Assembly (NCBI RefSeq): GCF_001194135.2
Contig: NC_068983.1
Location: 36,278,710-36,342,709, forward strand
DNA length: 64,000 nt
DNA from: Octopus bimaculoides
Lineage: Eukaryota
Reading direction: 5' to 3'
In this document: positions 37,201-50,645 of the stretch, one piece after another
How positions within the stretch are numbered: position 1 is the first letter of the stretch
Layout: every line of letters starts with the position of its first letter
Program-made: the position numbers and the translations under genes
The notes under the pieces: model-generated
The model's input: the letters and a program-made list of their open reading frames with translations, nothing else
What the model was told of the DNA's origin: nothing
Databases searched by the model: none

Positions 37201-40200
37201 AAGGTGTGACAGAATTTTTGTTACTGTTGGTATTATTGGATTGAATCTTTTTGCTCTGACAACATAAAGGTCAAAGGTATAAAGTCCAGTATTTAGGCCC
37301 TTAGCAATTGTATGTGTCAACTTTATTTTACAAAAGTAGGTGGTGGGTTTAAGCTGGTCAATTCTTTACTTGCTGCAGTTATTATTTAAGGTATTTCTTG
37401 TTTTCATTTGTAAAAGTTTGGGCTATTAGTCAGGTATGTCATGGCTTTGTTAGTATAGGAAGTTGTTTCTCTTGTGCTTTGATGTTCACAAAAGTATTTG
37501 AGTAAAGGTTGTATATTTATATGTCTCTGTAGATGTTCACTGTTCCATAAACAGTATAATTAGTATACAGGAATGTTAACCTGCCTGTTTTATGGAAGTA
37601 GAGTTTGGTGTTTGCTTACAAAATTTCTTCAAATTCTGTTCTAGATATATGACCTTAGCAGAGATAAGCAACATTGTGGGTCTTTACATATTAAAAAAAT
37701 TACATAACAAATTCCCATCTTCTTGCTGCTAAGCTTCACTTGTTTCCAAGTCCTGACATTTTTTCATGGAACTTGAGAACAAATGACATTGTTTATATGA
37801 CAGTGATAGTTGTTTAGAATTCGCTCACAATGCCAAGACAAGAAGGGAGACAGACAGAAGACAGAAAGACACAAACACATGCTCACACACACATGCATGA
37901 CTGATTTTTTCTATTTGTCAACTAAATCCACTCACAGAACTTTGGTCAGCCCTGGAGCTACAGTACAATATATTTTCCCATGATACTGTGCAATGGGACT
38001 CAATCAAAACAATGTGGCTGCAAAACAAAGTTCTTAACCAGACAACCATGATTAAAAATGCAATAAAATAAAAATCCTGTTAAATTACCTTAACACATTC
38101 TTCATTGGGAGCTTCACAACCTTCATAAGATTCAATCCGAGAAGCAATTGCATTTAACTTATCACTTTCTCGTTTTTCGCCAACAATGAGATTCACATCA
38201 CTGACAAAATTCTCCACTGTCTGGATCTGGTAATGAAAGTAAAATAAGTTTATAACAAATAATTATACTATAACAGATAGTTGCATCATAACAGATTTAT
38301 TTTGTTAATTAAACCCTTTTGTGGCAATATTTCTAATAAGCAAATTTGATATGAGTTTTAATTAAATTTTCAACACAAAGTTGAAGAGGTTTAGTAACAT
38401 ATCTGTTGCCATCGTCATTGTCATCGATTAACGTCCGTTTTCCATGCTGGCATGGGTTGGATGGTTTGACTGAGGTCTGGAGAGGCAGTGGCTGCACCAG
38501 GCTCCAATCTGGTCTGGCAGAGTTTCTACAGCTGGATGCCCTTCCTAACTCCAACCACTCCGAGAGTGTAGTGATTGTTTTTTATGTGCCACTGGCACAG
38601 GAGGCAGTAAGGCGGGCCTGGCAACAATCATGTTCAGATGGTGCTTTTTACGTGCCATCAGCACAGGAGCCAGTCAGTGGGTACTGGCATCAGTCACGAT
38701 TGTTTGGTGCTTTTTACGTGCCACCGGCACTGGAGCCAGTAAGGTGGGCCTAGCAACAAACACGTTCGGATGGTGCTTATATATATATATGTCTTTATTG
38801 CCCACAGGGGGATAAACATAGAGGAGACAAACATAGACAGATAAAGGGATTAAGTCAATGTAATTGACCCCAGTGTGTAACTGGGACTTATTTAATTGAC
38901 CCTGAAAGGATGAAAAGCAAAGGTGAATTTGAACAGCGGAATTTGAACTTAGAATGTAACAGCAGACGAAATACCGCCAAGTATTTTTCCCGGCATGCTA
39001 ACGAGTGGTTGGCATTAGGAAGGGCATCCAGCTGTAGAAAACTTGCAAGATCAGATTGGAGCCTGGCACAACCTACTGGTTTGCCAGTCCCCAGTCAAAC
39101 CGTCCAACCCATGCCAGCATGGAAAGTGGATGTTAAAGATTGATGATGATAATGGTAGTGTATTATGCATACATTTTTATGGTATATTTTTTCCTATAGC
39201 ATATCTATAAGAATAATATATGCCAGTGGTTCCCAATCTGTGGTCCACAGTGGTAGTACTAGGGGTCTGTGATCATGTTAAGCTGACAGACCTTTCAATA
39301 TCCAGGGGTCTATGGGACAACTCATTTAAATATAAGGAGTCCTTGGTAGTGAAAAGGCTGGGTATCACTGATAAATGCCATTTGCTACCAGTGGTATAAC
39401 AAGATTTCTCAGTACCCAGAGTAGGTGGGTCAGAAGTTCAAAGATATTATAAACACATTTCCATGAGCATTAATTAACAGGTATGATAAGCCAAAGAAAA
39501 TTTTTCACCCCTTTGCACCTGCATCAAGAAAGCGGGGGGAATGACTCCACTCTTGCAATGCCTCTGTTTGCTAATATATTATGTACTTTGATAAACAATA
39601 CAATAGCAAGTAGCATATACCATCAATCATTTATGACTTGTTCATTGATATTGCATACTCTTATCTATATTAAAATGGGTGTCAGTGACAAGGAGGTAAA
39701 TTTATAACAAAAAGCCTCAACAGTTTATACAGTAAAGTATAAGGAAAAGAACGTGATAAAATACAAAAGTGTATGTGTGTGTGTTAGATAGTTAAAATGT
39801 CTACCACAATAAAATGTCTTAGTTTCAATATATGAACTCAAATAAAAATTCTTGGATGGTTATAGCTGGAATAACTTATAATTTTCTCAAGACCATCTTG
39901 GACTATCAACAAGAAGATAGTCTCAAAGAGATTGCTTAACCTGCTAGAAATAGCAGTCAAGTCTTCCTCAATTCACATCTACTAAAATCAGAACACATAG
40001 GAGAATATTGTCCTGGAAGGCTATTGATCATAGTTTTGATTGATCAAAATTGATCTGAGGTTTGGATATTTTACATCATGATGTCTTTGCTCTTTGAAAG
40101 AACATTCCTAAATAAATAGGAAATAAATAGGAATCAGATCTGTTATCTAACACAGGTGCGCAATGGGACTGAACCCGGAACCATGTGGTTGGGAAGCAAA

Positions 40201-42205
40201 CTTCTTGCTACACAGCCACGCCTGCACTTATAAATGTAAATACAAAATATTTCGAGATGCAATTGCGGTGAGGTTAAAGTGTTGGATTACTGATCACACA
40301 GTCACAAGTTCAAAACTTACTGCTACAGCTATTCCAAGTAAAAATGCGATAGATGAATGGATAAAATACTGAGGCATCATATCATTGGCTGCTATTTCAT
40401 TTTTACAACCAATATTTCTTTGAGTTTCTGAACGAATACATTTTCTACATATCATCTGTAATAGTCTGGTATCCTATCCAGAGGAATTATATCTCTTTTA
40501 TGCACAATGTTGTGAAACTTGAGCTAAGCCCCAGTTTCCCTCTCATGGCTTAAACCTTTTGATACCAAACTGCCTGAGAGCACTCCTGGTTCTATAATAT
40601 AAACTTCCTGCTTTATAGCTATCTAAACCCTTCCATTTCAAAACACCAGCCTAATAATCCTTTCTGTTATAGGAACAAGGCCTGAAATTTTGGAGGAAAG
40701 GGTTAGTTGATTACATTGCCCCAGTAGTCAACTGGTGTTTAATTTATAAACCCCCTCCCCCCAAAGGATGAGAGACAAAGTTCACCTTGGCAGAATTTGA
40801 ATGTAAAGACAGACAAAATGCTGCTAAGAATTTTGTCCGATGTACTAACAATTTTGCCAGCTTGACAGTTATTTGAATAAATTCTTAAGTTTCAAAATTA
40901 ATTGAAACAAAGACAATGTATTTTCAACAGAAATATGGTAGCGAAAGAGTTAAGAATCATACATATGATAGAAGTTGGCTTGATAAGAGTATGACCAATT
41001 CTTAATGACCTCTTATGACTTAAGAGAAATACACCTTAGGTTTATTTCTATAGCCATTAGGTAGAGCCTGGGCAAGAACATAACTCTGTTTGCTTCAGTC
41101 CTCTTGACCCTAAAACTGGGTTCACAGTAGAGTGCTCAACCCTTTTGCATTTAAACCGGCCAAAATATTCTATCTGTTTTATGTTCAAATTGGCCAGATC
41201 CAGGCTCTCTCACCTGCCCTAAAATGTTATTGTAAAAATAAATAATCACATCAACAATGTGAATAACTAAGCATTACATTTGGCAGAGTAATCTGAATAC
41301 TGAAGGGTTAATATTAAAATGAGCAAATAACAGTGTAATAACTATTTGTAACACTGCTGCATATGTCTCTCTGTGAGATTTATAATTAGATCATTTCTAA
41401 TTTTGTAACCAGTGAATGTGTTTTCACTGAAAATATATATATTTGTGAAGGCTAGACATGCTTTTTCAGCCAGCCAGCTGGTCGGCTACTTCAGGCTGAT
41501 GACGAGCAATGACTCAGAAACATGTCCCTGAATGCAGACTAGGCTGGGTGGGGAGGCTTGTCTCCCCTTCACAAATATAAGGACACAGGAAATGTGTCAA
41601 GGCCAACAGGAATCGGTCGAGCTTCCTAGGGCTAAATAGCAGCAGTATGATTCCCTTAATGGGTCTGTCACATTAAGTTGACAGTAAACAACTGCTTAAT
41701 CGTAACACTGCTGCTTATGTCTCTCTGTGAGATTTATAAAGAAATTTGTAGAAGATACAAGTGAGTGTAAATTAGTGTGGATTATGAGAGGTTCTGGACC
41801 ATTAGTGTCTGGAAAGTCGATGTTGTATTTGTAATAGAAGGGAAAATAAATGGTAAACACTGAAGTGAAAGACCTAGTTTGATTCCATCAAGGTCTGGAC
41901 AAAATTATCATATGGCAAATGTGTAAAAATGGTAGATACATGTAAAAAGGGATGTTTGTAAGAAAATGATTCAAAGAGCAATTAGAAATATGTTTATTGA
42001 AAATGTGGAGGATAAAATTAAAAGTTACCATTTTTTCAAGATCCTCTTTTTGTTTTTCTTCTACTGACGTCTCTTTGATACGACGCAGCAACAGTGAATA
42101 TCGTGTCAGGCGTTGCATTGGTGTAATTATAATGTCAATCAATCGTAGCCGTTTGCACAAGTTGGTGTTGCTTTCAGCCCACTGCAATGGACAAATATAT
42201 CTTTT

Positions 42206-42238
<33 letters not shown>

Positions 42239-45200
42239 CAGAGAGAGAAAGAGAAAGTAACTCTATTGCCTTTTCAAAAGCATGGTCATCTATTGATTGG
42301 TCTATAACATTCCTCTCAAAAGTGTTTCTTTCATTTCTCTTGTTATATATTTCATTATCTATTCATCCTCTAATTATATTGAAGCTGTTTCAAATCCGAT
42401 GACTTTGCTTTAATCCTTTATGGAGAAAATATCCTAAGATCTCACCTTACCAGTTCTTCCCAGGATTATGTATGCCACAACACTTTTTTCCCATACTACC
42501 TACCTACCTACCTGCCTGCCTACCTGCCTACCTGCCCACACACACACATGCATACATACATACTGTTAGGATAAGGCTAAAAATCAGTGAAAAAGAAAAT
42601 ACCTATGCTGAACTATTGAGGAATCTACAGTTATTCTATTCAGATTACAAGTTCAAGTTTATACCTGTAATTATTGGGACACTGGGATATGTAATATACT
42701 GCCTAAATACCAATCTTGAGAAATTAGGTTTCTCAAAACCAGAAACGAGAAAGTTGATTCAAAGACTACAGATCCAATCTATCACTGGAACTGTAAAAGT
42801 CTGTAAAGCTTTCCAGAAGTTTATCATTTAAGTATATATGAGCATGTCTAGACATGCATGAGAAGACATACACAATACATACAGATCTACTCATATACAT
42901 ACATACAAAAATACACTGTTGTTGATGTTGAAATTCCAATGAAGGAGCCTTGGATCAAGGTTAGAAACCAGTTCTTTCTCTCTTGGCAAGAAATCTTGAA
43001 ATAAAACTGAATAATGACATACATACATACATACATTCACACAAACAATATACATGCATTTATATTTACATGTGTCTACACATACCTGCATTTATAGAAC
43101 TATACATACATATTTATGTTCATATACACATTTATGTGTTTGTGTGTATGTCTGTATATGCATGAATACATGCACATATGCATTTATATATCTGCACACA
43201 CACATACATATATAATTTTACTTTTTTTTTCTCTCCCTGTCAATTTCTGTTTGTCTGTCTGCCTCTCTTTCTCTCTCTTAGAGCTTTTGATGCATAACTA
43301 ACCAACCTCTTAGTTTTCGGTTAATGGTAGAACACAAAGATAATCGTGGAATGTCTTGAAGCATTATTATGTAAGTTTTGGCTCCAGATAATAACTGAAA
43401 CTCTGAATATTTAGCTTAGCATCGGTACCTATTACGGGAATTCTACAAACATATTTCTAGCTTCTGTAATTACACAGAGATTTCAATGTAAACAACAGTA
43501 AAAAACACTCAAAAATCAACCTCACCCTCTCCTTCAAAAACTATAAAGCAAAATCACTAAAATGGGAAAATATCCTAGTTAGAAAAAAGAAAAGAAGTGC
43601 AATTAGATGTCTATTAAATGATAAGATATTTTAGAACAGCCCAGCAATATCATAAGAAAAATCTTGTAATACCAGTCTATGTCTTTTTGACTCATGTTTA
43701 ATTCTTGCAAAGTGCCAAAAGATTAACTCTTTAGCATTAAGACCGGCCATATCTGACTCAAATATTCTACCAGTTTTACGTTCAAACCAACCAGATCCAG
43801 CCTCTCACACCTACCCTACTATGTCATTCTAATAGTAAACAATCACAATGAAATCTTGAAGCTATGAGATAATGTGTTGTTGTTGTTGGCACTCCGTCAC
43901 TTACGATGTTGAGGGTTCCAGTTGATCCGATCAACGAAACAGCCTGCTCGTGAAATAAACGTGCAAGTGGCTGAGCACTCCACAGACACGTGTACCCTTA
44001 ACGTAGTTCTCAGGGATATTCAGCATGACACAGTGTGACAAGGCTGACCCTTTGAATTACAGGCACAATAGAAACAGGAAGTAAGAGTGAGAGAAAGTTG
44101 TGGTGGAAGAGTACAGCAGGGTTCACCACCATCCCCTGCCGGAGCCTCGTGGAGCTTTAGGTGTTTTCGCTCAATAAACACTTACAACGCCCAGTCTGGG
44201 AATCGAAACCGCGATCCTATGACCGCGAGTNNNNNNNNNNNNNNNNNNNNNNNNNNNNNNNNNNNNNNNNNNNNNNNNNNNNNNNNNNNNNNNNNNNNNN
44301 NNNTATCGTTGATTAAAAAAAATGTGAACAAGGGCACTCAGAGAGTTCAAACCTCCACCAAGGCAACACGATGATTAGTTGGAGATGATTTTTAAAATGA
44401 GAATATCTGAAATAAACTTGACTGCTCTCACAAATGAGAATAGTAAAAATGAAACAAACCTCTCTAAAAGATTAAGTAAAAAAAAAAAAAGGAAAAATAA
44501 TCCAGAATCCTTGTCTGGTACTGGATCGATCTCAAAATCTAATGAGTTTGTGCCAGTTATGAGGCCAAACATCCCTGAAAGTTTCATCCAAATCCATCCA
44601 GTGGTTCTTGAGATATCTTGTCCATGGACAAACAAACGAACATGACTGAAAACAATACCCCTGCCTTTGTTAAGGTGGAGGTAATGAATAAGCATTATGT
44701 TTGACAGAGTAATTTGAATGCTAAAGGGTTAAAGCAAAGTACCTCCACCCATTTATACTGGGTGTGGCATTAAACTGCATCTGGTGGTGAGGCTCCAGTT
44801 TGGGAGTTCTAGAGAGTGTGGAGTCACCCTTTATTACCATTATTCCCATGTCAGCAGTACTTGTCAGGGTCCTATCTATCGGTTAAATAAACTTTTGTAA
44901 GGGTAGATTGAGGTCCTTAGCTATGGTAAAAGCGATCAATCTAGAAGGGAAACCCTAAAATAAATACCCTCTTTCAACATGCCCTAAGCCAGCATGGAAA
45001 AGTATGGCTGATAAAACTAACAAAGGATGTTATGTTAGAGCCCATTCTGCTGCAGACAGAGATGACATGAGGTGAATGACCTTCACTCATATATGTCCAA
45101 TGCCACTGTCACTGCTGCCACCATCACACTATCTCAGTTCTTCTCCAAAGGTTTCAATGGTGACAGTCAGTGGCTGAAGCGAACAACATCAAACTCCCTC

Positions 45201-48200
45201 ATTCAGCAAATGTCACATATCAGGAGGTTTCAAGTTGTGAATGTGTAGCAAGGCTAATGGCAGTGCCCCAGCATGGGCAAGCTCTCAGACTGAAACTAGT
45301 AGCAAAAAAACAAGCAAACAAAAAAAAAAAAACTCATGCTAAAAGATATAGAGGGGAAACTCATCATTGTTTCTGGGTTGAAATTAAAAATAGGAAAATA
45401 GAAAAACTTACCACTACAAAATTCTTGAAATATTCATTGCTATTACATTGGGCCTTAATATAGTTCTGGCAATGTATTTGATCAGCGCAGAACCTTTGGT
45501 AAGGTTTCATTAATTCTGGGAACTGAAGGAAAATGAAAGAACAAATAATAAAATACATTAGAAGTATGTATATGACTGAAAATTTTTTTTAACTCTTTTG
45601 AGGATCATGGACAAAAGCATGCAACTAATGAAAAGTGCTGCAACCAGCAAACACAAAAAGATCATTATTTCAACTATTTAAAAGAATGAAAGCAAAAGTA
45701 CTTTGGTCATATATTAAGAGCACAAGGTACATACAAACTATTACAGCTACAACATTGATTTTTTGAGTTTTTGGAATCTTAGATCATAAAGTCTTTTTGG
45801 ATTACTGATTTTTCTAAACTAAGGGTAAGCACCTTGATCAACACACTCTAAATAAAGCAAATATGAAACTTAAATAATTAATTGAAATAGAGGTATCTGA
45901 ATATAAGTGTAAATTAGTGTGGATTATAAGTGTCTAGAAAGCTGGTGTTGTCCTTGTACTAGAAGGGAAGATAAATGGTTAATACTAGAGAGCAAGACCT
46001 AGTTTGATTACATCAAGAACTGGACTTAAACTATTGTATGATGAATGTGTTAAAAAGTGCAGAGGAAAAAACCCAAATGCAGATCCTTGATATTCAGCTT
46101 GCTCAGAGCAAATGATATCTAATGAATACAAACAAACAACCACATGCACCATCGTTCTTATGTTTGCTTTTCCATGCTGGCATGGGTTGAGTGAAACTTT
46201 TTGATGCAGTGTTTTATGATCGGACAAACTTCTTAATGGCAACCCTTTTTGTTACTTTCTCTGGCATAAAGGGACATGGTATACTTATTCTAAAAACCAA
46301 GACACACAGAGTATAAAACCCACAGTAAATATGTTAAAAAAAGGTGTGATGAGGTAACCAGTTATATATTATTTCAAAACAAGACTTCAATACTTTACTG
46401 AAGCGCAATAGAAATATTTGAAGAAAATGATAATGTGCAAAATAAAAATCTTAAACAAGATTTACTGGTTAGCTTAATTACTACTTGAAGGATGATGATG
46501 ATGATAATTCATTTCTAACACATTTCGTGAGTGGGGAGAATATATAGCCAATTAGATTGCCTTCAGTACTTGACTGCTACTTATTTCATTGAGATCAAAA
46601 GAATGAAAAAGAAGTTAAACTTGATAAGATTTCAACCCAGAAATGTAAAAAGAATTAAACACAGCAAAGCAATTTTTCAGTTGCTCTAGCAATTTTATCA
46701 CTCGAAATTGCCCCTAATATACATCAAAGTGAAGAATATGTAATGAACACAATTGAAGATATCATTCATGGTTAACCAGACCTTTCAAAGTCAGAATATA
46801 TCTACAGCGATACTGATGTTGGCAAGTTGGTCCTTGAAATGGTAGCGACCTGCTTTAACATGGTACATGTAATGAATTGGTAACAATAATCTGGAACGTG
46901 CGCATCCAATGAGATCAAAGTGAATCATCCTGATAAATCATCAAAGACAGAATGAGAACCACTGAGATATCTGAATCCCTTCTGACAAAAATTTTGTCTG
47001 GAAGGAAATTAAGAAACTACCAAGGTATAAAGATCTTGAAATGGAAAGAAACAGGGTGTGGAAGATAACAGTAAAAACAGCACCAATAATAATTTGGTTG
47101 CGGTAGCCATGTGTCTCCGCTACAGCAAGATATTTGTTTCCATCTCTCTATCATAAATTTAACCTCTCATCATCTGGCACAAAACCATTTCTCTCAATAC
47201 TATTTACTCCCCATCTCAGTTGAAGAGTCTTTATGTTGCAAGTTACTTGGTGACCTTGCTGGTGCTGGCGCCATGTAAAAAAATGCACCCAGTACATTCT
47301 GTGAAGTGATTGGTGTTAGGAAGGGCATCCAGCCATAGAAACCATGCCAAAGCAGACAGTAGAGCTTGACACAGTCCTCTGACTTGCCAGCGCCTGTAAA
47401 ATCACCCGACCCATGCCAGCATGGAAAACGGATATTAAAAGATGATGATGATGATAACTATACTAAGGTCTACAGAAATGCACACAATAATAATAATAAT
47501 AATAATCATAATAATAATAATAATGAAAAAAATATTTAGACAAATACATAACAAAAACACCAGGACTTACAAATATATATAACATGCAGAAAATTGCACT
47601 ACTGGGCACTGCACACATCCTACGCAAAACACTTTCAATACAGTAACCATAAGAGCATCACAGCAAACCACAGCATATACCCAAGGCACACAGAGCTGCG
47701 CTTGGTAGTGAAGTGAAAGCCCGTTATAAAAATGAAACTACTGAATAATAATAATAATAATAATAAGTGCTTAATAATCGAAGTAGCAATGCCAGGAGAT
47801 CAATATATCATGAAAGAAAGAGAAAAAGTTGATAAATATGGAGACCTGAGAACCGAGATTGCTAGGATGTGGCAGCTATAAGAGTCGAACATAAAGGTTA
47901 TCTCTATTGTCATCAGAGCATTGGGTTCAATACCACCCAATCTGAAAAAACATCTTAAAACCTTAGAGATACCCTACAATCTAAGTGTATTGCAGAAGTT
48001 GGCATTACTTGGATCTGCACACATATTGTGTAAATTATTGTCTGTCTGAGGTCCTTGTTGTGACTTGACAAATAGTACAAACCTCCAGTAGACACAATAT
48101 CTTCAATCAACAACCTCACGATATTGTATACTATGCAATGTCTATGATAATAAAAGCCCTGATAGATGTAGCCCACTTCCTGTGAAAGTTTCATTTCAAT

Positions 48201-50576
48201 AACACAATTTATACAGTATACTTGTAGCACAACTCACATGCTGTACAAAATAATCACCCACATTTTACACATGGAAGTTGGATGTAAGAGATAATAATGA
48301 TAATAGCTATACTCTTACATAATTGACACCCAACACTATAATACATCCCATGCATCACCGATAATTCACACAATTTGCATACCCACACAATAATTGCTAC
48401 CACCCAAAATCATAAATAAATGCACGCAACACACATGAAAATACAATCACCAACCCATGCAGATAAACCTTTCACCTTTTAACACCTGACTTCCATATTA
48501 CATTCAACACAAAAAACGAATAAAACACTAAAATAATGCCAGAAACAACAAAAGAATTCCCACAGCAATGCAAAATAAATGTAACATAGAAATATAATTC
48601 AACAGGCCACATGACAATGCTGTGTGTACTTCAGGAACACAGCGGTACACCTGCTTGTGGTACAGCAGACATTCACATAGAAGTGTTACAAACATGACAA
48701 TGATGATGATGTTAAGGATGATTAATGATGGTGACCCATGCCAGCATGGAGGGTGGGCGTTAAACGATGATGATGATGGCATGATAACAACCCATACAAT
48801 TAAACCTTGTATGTCAGAATATGCAGTGTAGTCCTCATTTAAGTGGCAGTATGGTGTATGTAGTACAACAGAGCTGAGGATAGTACCTAGTCATTCAACT
48901 AACAGCCTGCATGCCAGCGGTTTGTGTGTGGGTTAATAGATTTCTAGTAAAACTGCCTTCATGAGGGCTCTAAAAGACAGTGGTGCCAGAGAAAATAGAT
49001 ACACATTCCTAGGTAAAATATGATCAAGAAATAACAAGTAAAAATGCTTAAAACTAGAAAGCTACCATACTTAAAATAACAATACAGTTGAACATATGTA
49101 CTGTGACAAAGAGAAAGAATATCCTAAACAAAGATCACATGACCACTATTTACTCTTTTACTCGTTTCAGTCATTTGACTGCGACCATGCTGGGGCACCG
49201 CCTTTAGTCGAGCAAATTGACCCCAGGACTTATTCTTTGTAAGCCTAGTACTTGATGAAACAGTCTATATTTACTTGTTGTATCCATGACAAATGATTAG
49301 AAATGCTGGTCATGTGACAAATTTAATTGAAGAAAAACCAATAAAAGTAACAAAAAAAAAAATGAAAATGATTTGTTTATTAAAATGGATCCTCACTTCT
49401 CCCAAAACAAATCAACCCCTAAACCAGTAATTACCTTTGTAAAGCCATCCTTTAGTAAACTGGGATTAATTGGTTCATGTGTTTGTCGAGAGACTTTCAA
49501 AGATTCACAGAGGTACTCCTTCCAAAATTTACTGTTGGCTGCAAACACTTCAACAATATTACTAAACAACTTTTCTATTTCAATCTGAAAAGGAAGAAAT
49601 ATGAAATTTGGTCAGAATATAAAATACAATGACAGAGATGGGAATGCACAGAGTTTGGTGAAGAAGAAAGAATATACATAGTTTGTGTTGAAAAAAAAGA
49701 ACAACAAGAATTCAGTTTGCTTTGGTTCATGTAATGTAAAAACACTGTATTTACTCTATAATTGCCCATGGGCATAGAGCGTAATGGTTAAGAGCGCAGG
49801 CTAGTAACCCCAAGATTGCGAGTTCAATTCCAGGCAGTGCCTTGAATAAATAATAATAATAACAACATCAGCAAAAAAAATACCTTAGGAATAAGAACCC
49901 AGAGTTGGGTTCAAAATTCTACCAGGACACCTGATGAAGGCTGGAGAGTAAATCAGCTGAAACATTGTGGTAACAACAAACAAGATAAGGACGGATATGT
50001 GTAAAAATCATGCCAAAACAGACAGTGGAACTTGGCAAAGTCCTCTGGCTCTACCAGCTCCTGTCAAATCATCTGACCCATGCTAGCATGGAAGACTGAT
50101 GTTAGATAATGATGAGAGGCACAAGACCTGAAATTTTGGAGAAGGGGGTAAATTAATATCATTGACCCCAGTACTTGATTAGTACTTTATTTTACAGACC
50201 CCTGGAATGGTGAAAGGCAAATACTGCAAGACATTTTTTCTTGATGTTCTTACGATTCTGCCAGTCCTTCACCTTTAATCAACTTATCTTAAATTCTTTT
50301 ATTTGTTTCAGTCCTTTGATTGTGGCCATGCTGGAGCACTGCCTTTAGTCGAACGAATCAACCCCAGGACTTATTCTTTGTAAGCCTAGTAATTATTCTA
50401 TTGATGTCTTTTGCAGAACCGCTAAGTTACAGGGATGTAAACACACCAACATCAGTTGTCAAGCGATGGTAGGGGGACAAATACAAACACACAAACATAT
50501 ACATACACACATATACATATATGTGTATATGAACAGCAGTGACATTTAACTTCAAATCTCAGTGTTTGAATGTTTC

Positions 50577-50645
<69 letters not shown>

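Larger units (their letters stand above)
43727..44728. mobile_element. piggyBac-type MITE (TTAA-C(T/C)CTTTAGCATT...AATGCTAAAGGG-TTAA) with nested insertions; other copies about 1878-2410, 41140-41307, 62646-62867; related family 40554-40949
   Basis: TTAA flanks and 12-bp TIRs; shared internal sequence across copies. Confidence 0.8.

Noticed and set aside
42936-42978. Hammerhead-like CCAATGA...GAAACCAGTTC in a LINE 3' UTR
   Set aside because: Core deviates at two positions and stem I does not pair cleanly; only a family consensus could rescue it.
41755-46035. About 140-bp direct repeat pair (41755-41910 and 45901-46035)
   Set aside because: Same orientation and diverged; ordinary old interspersed repeat.
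46740-47030. Coding-looking stretch, possible processed pseudogene
   Set aside because: All frames are interrupted and no family was recognisable.
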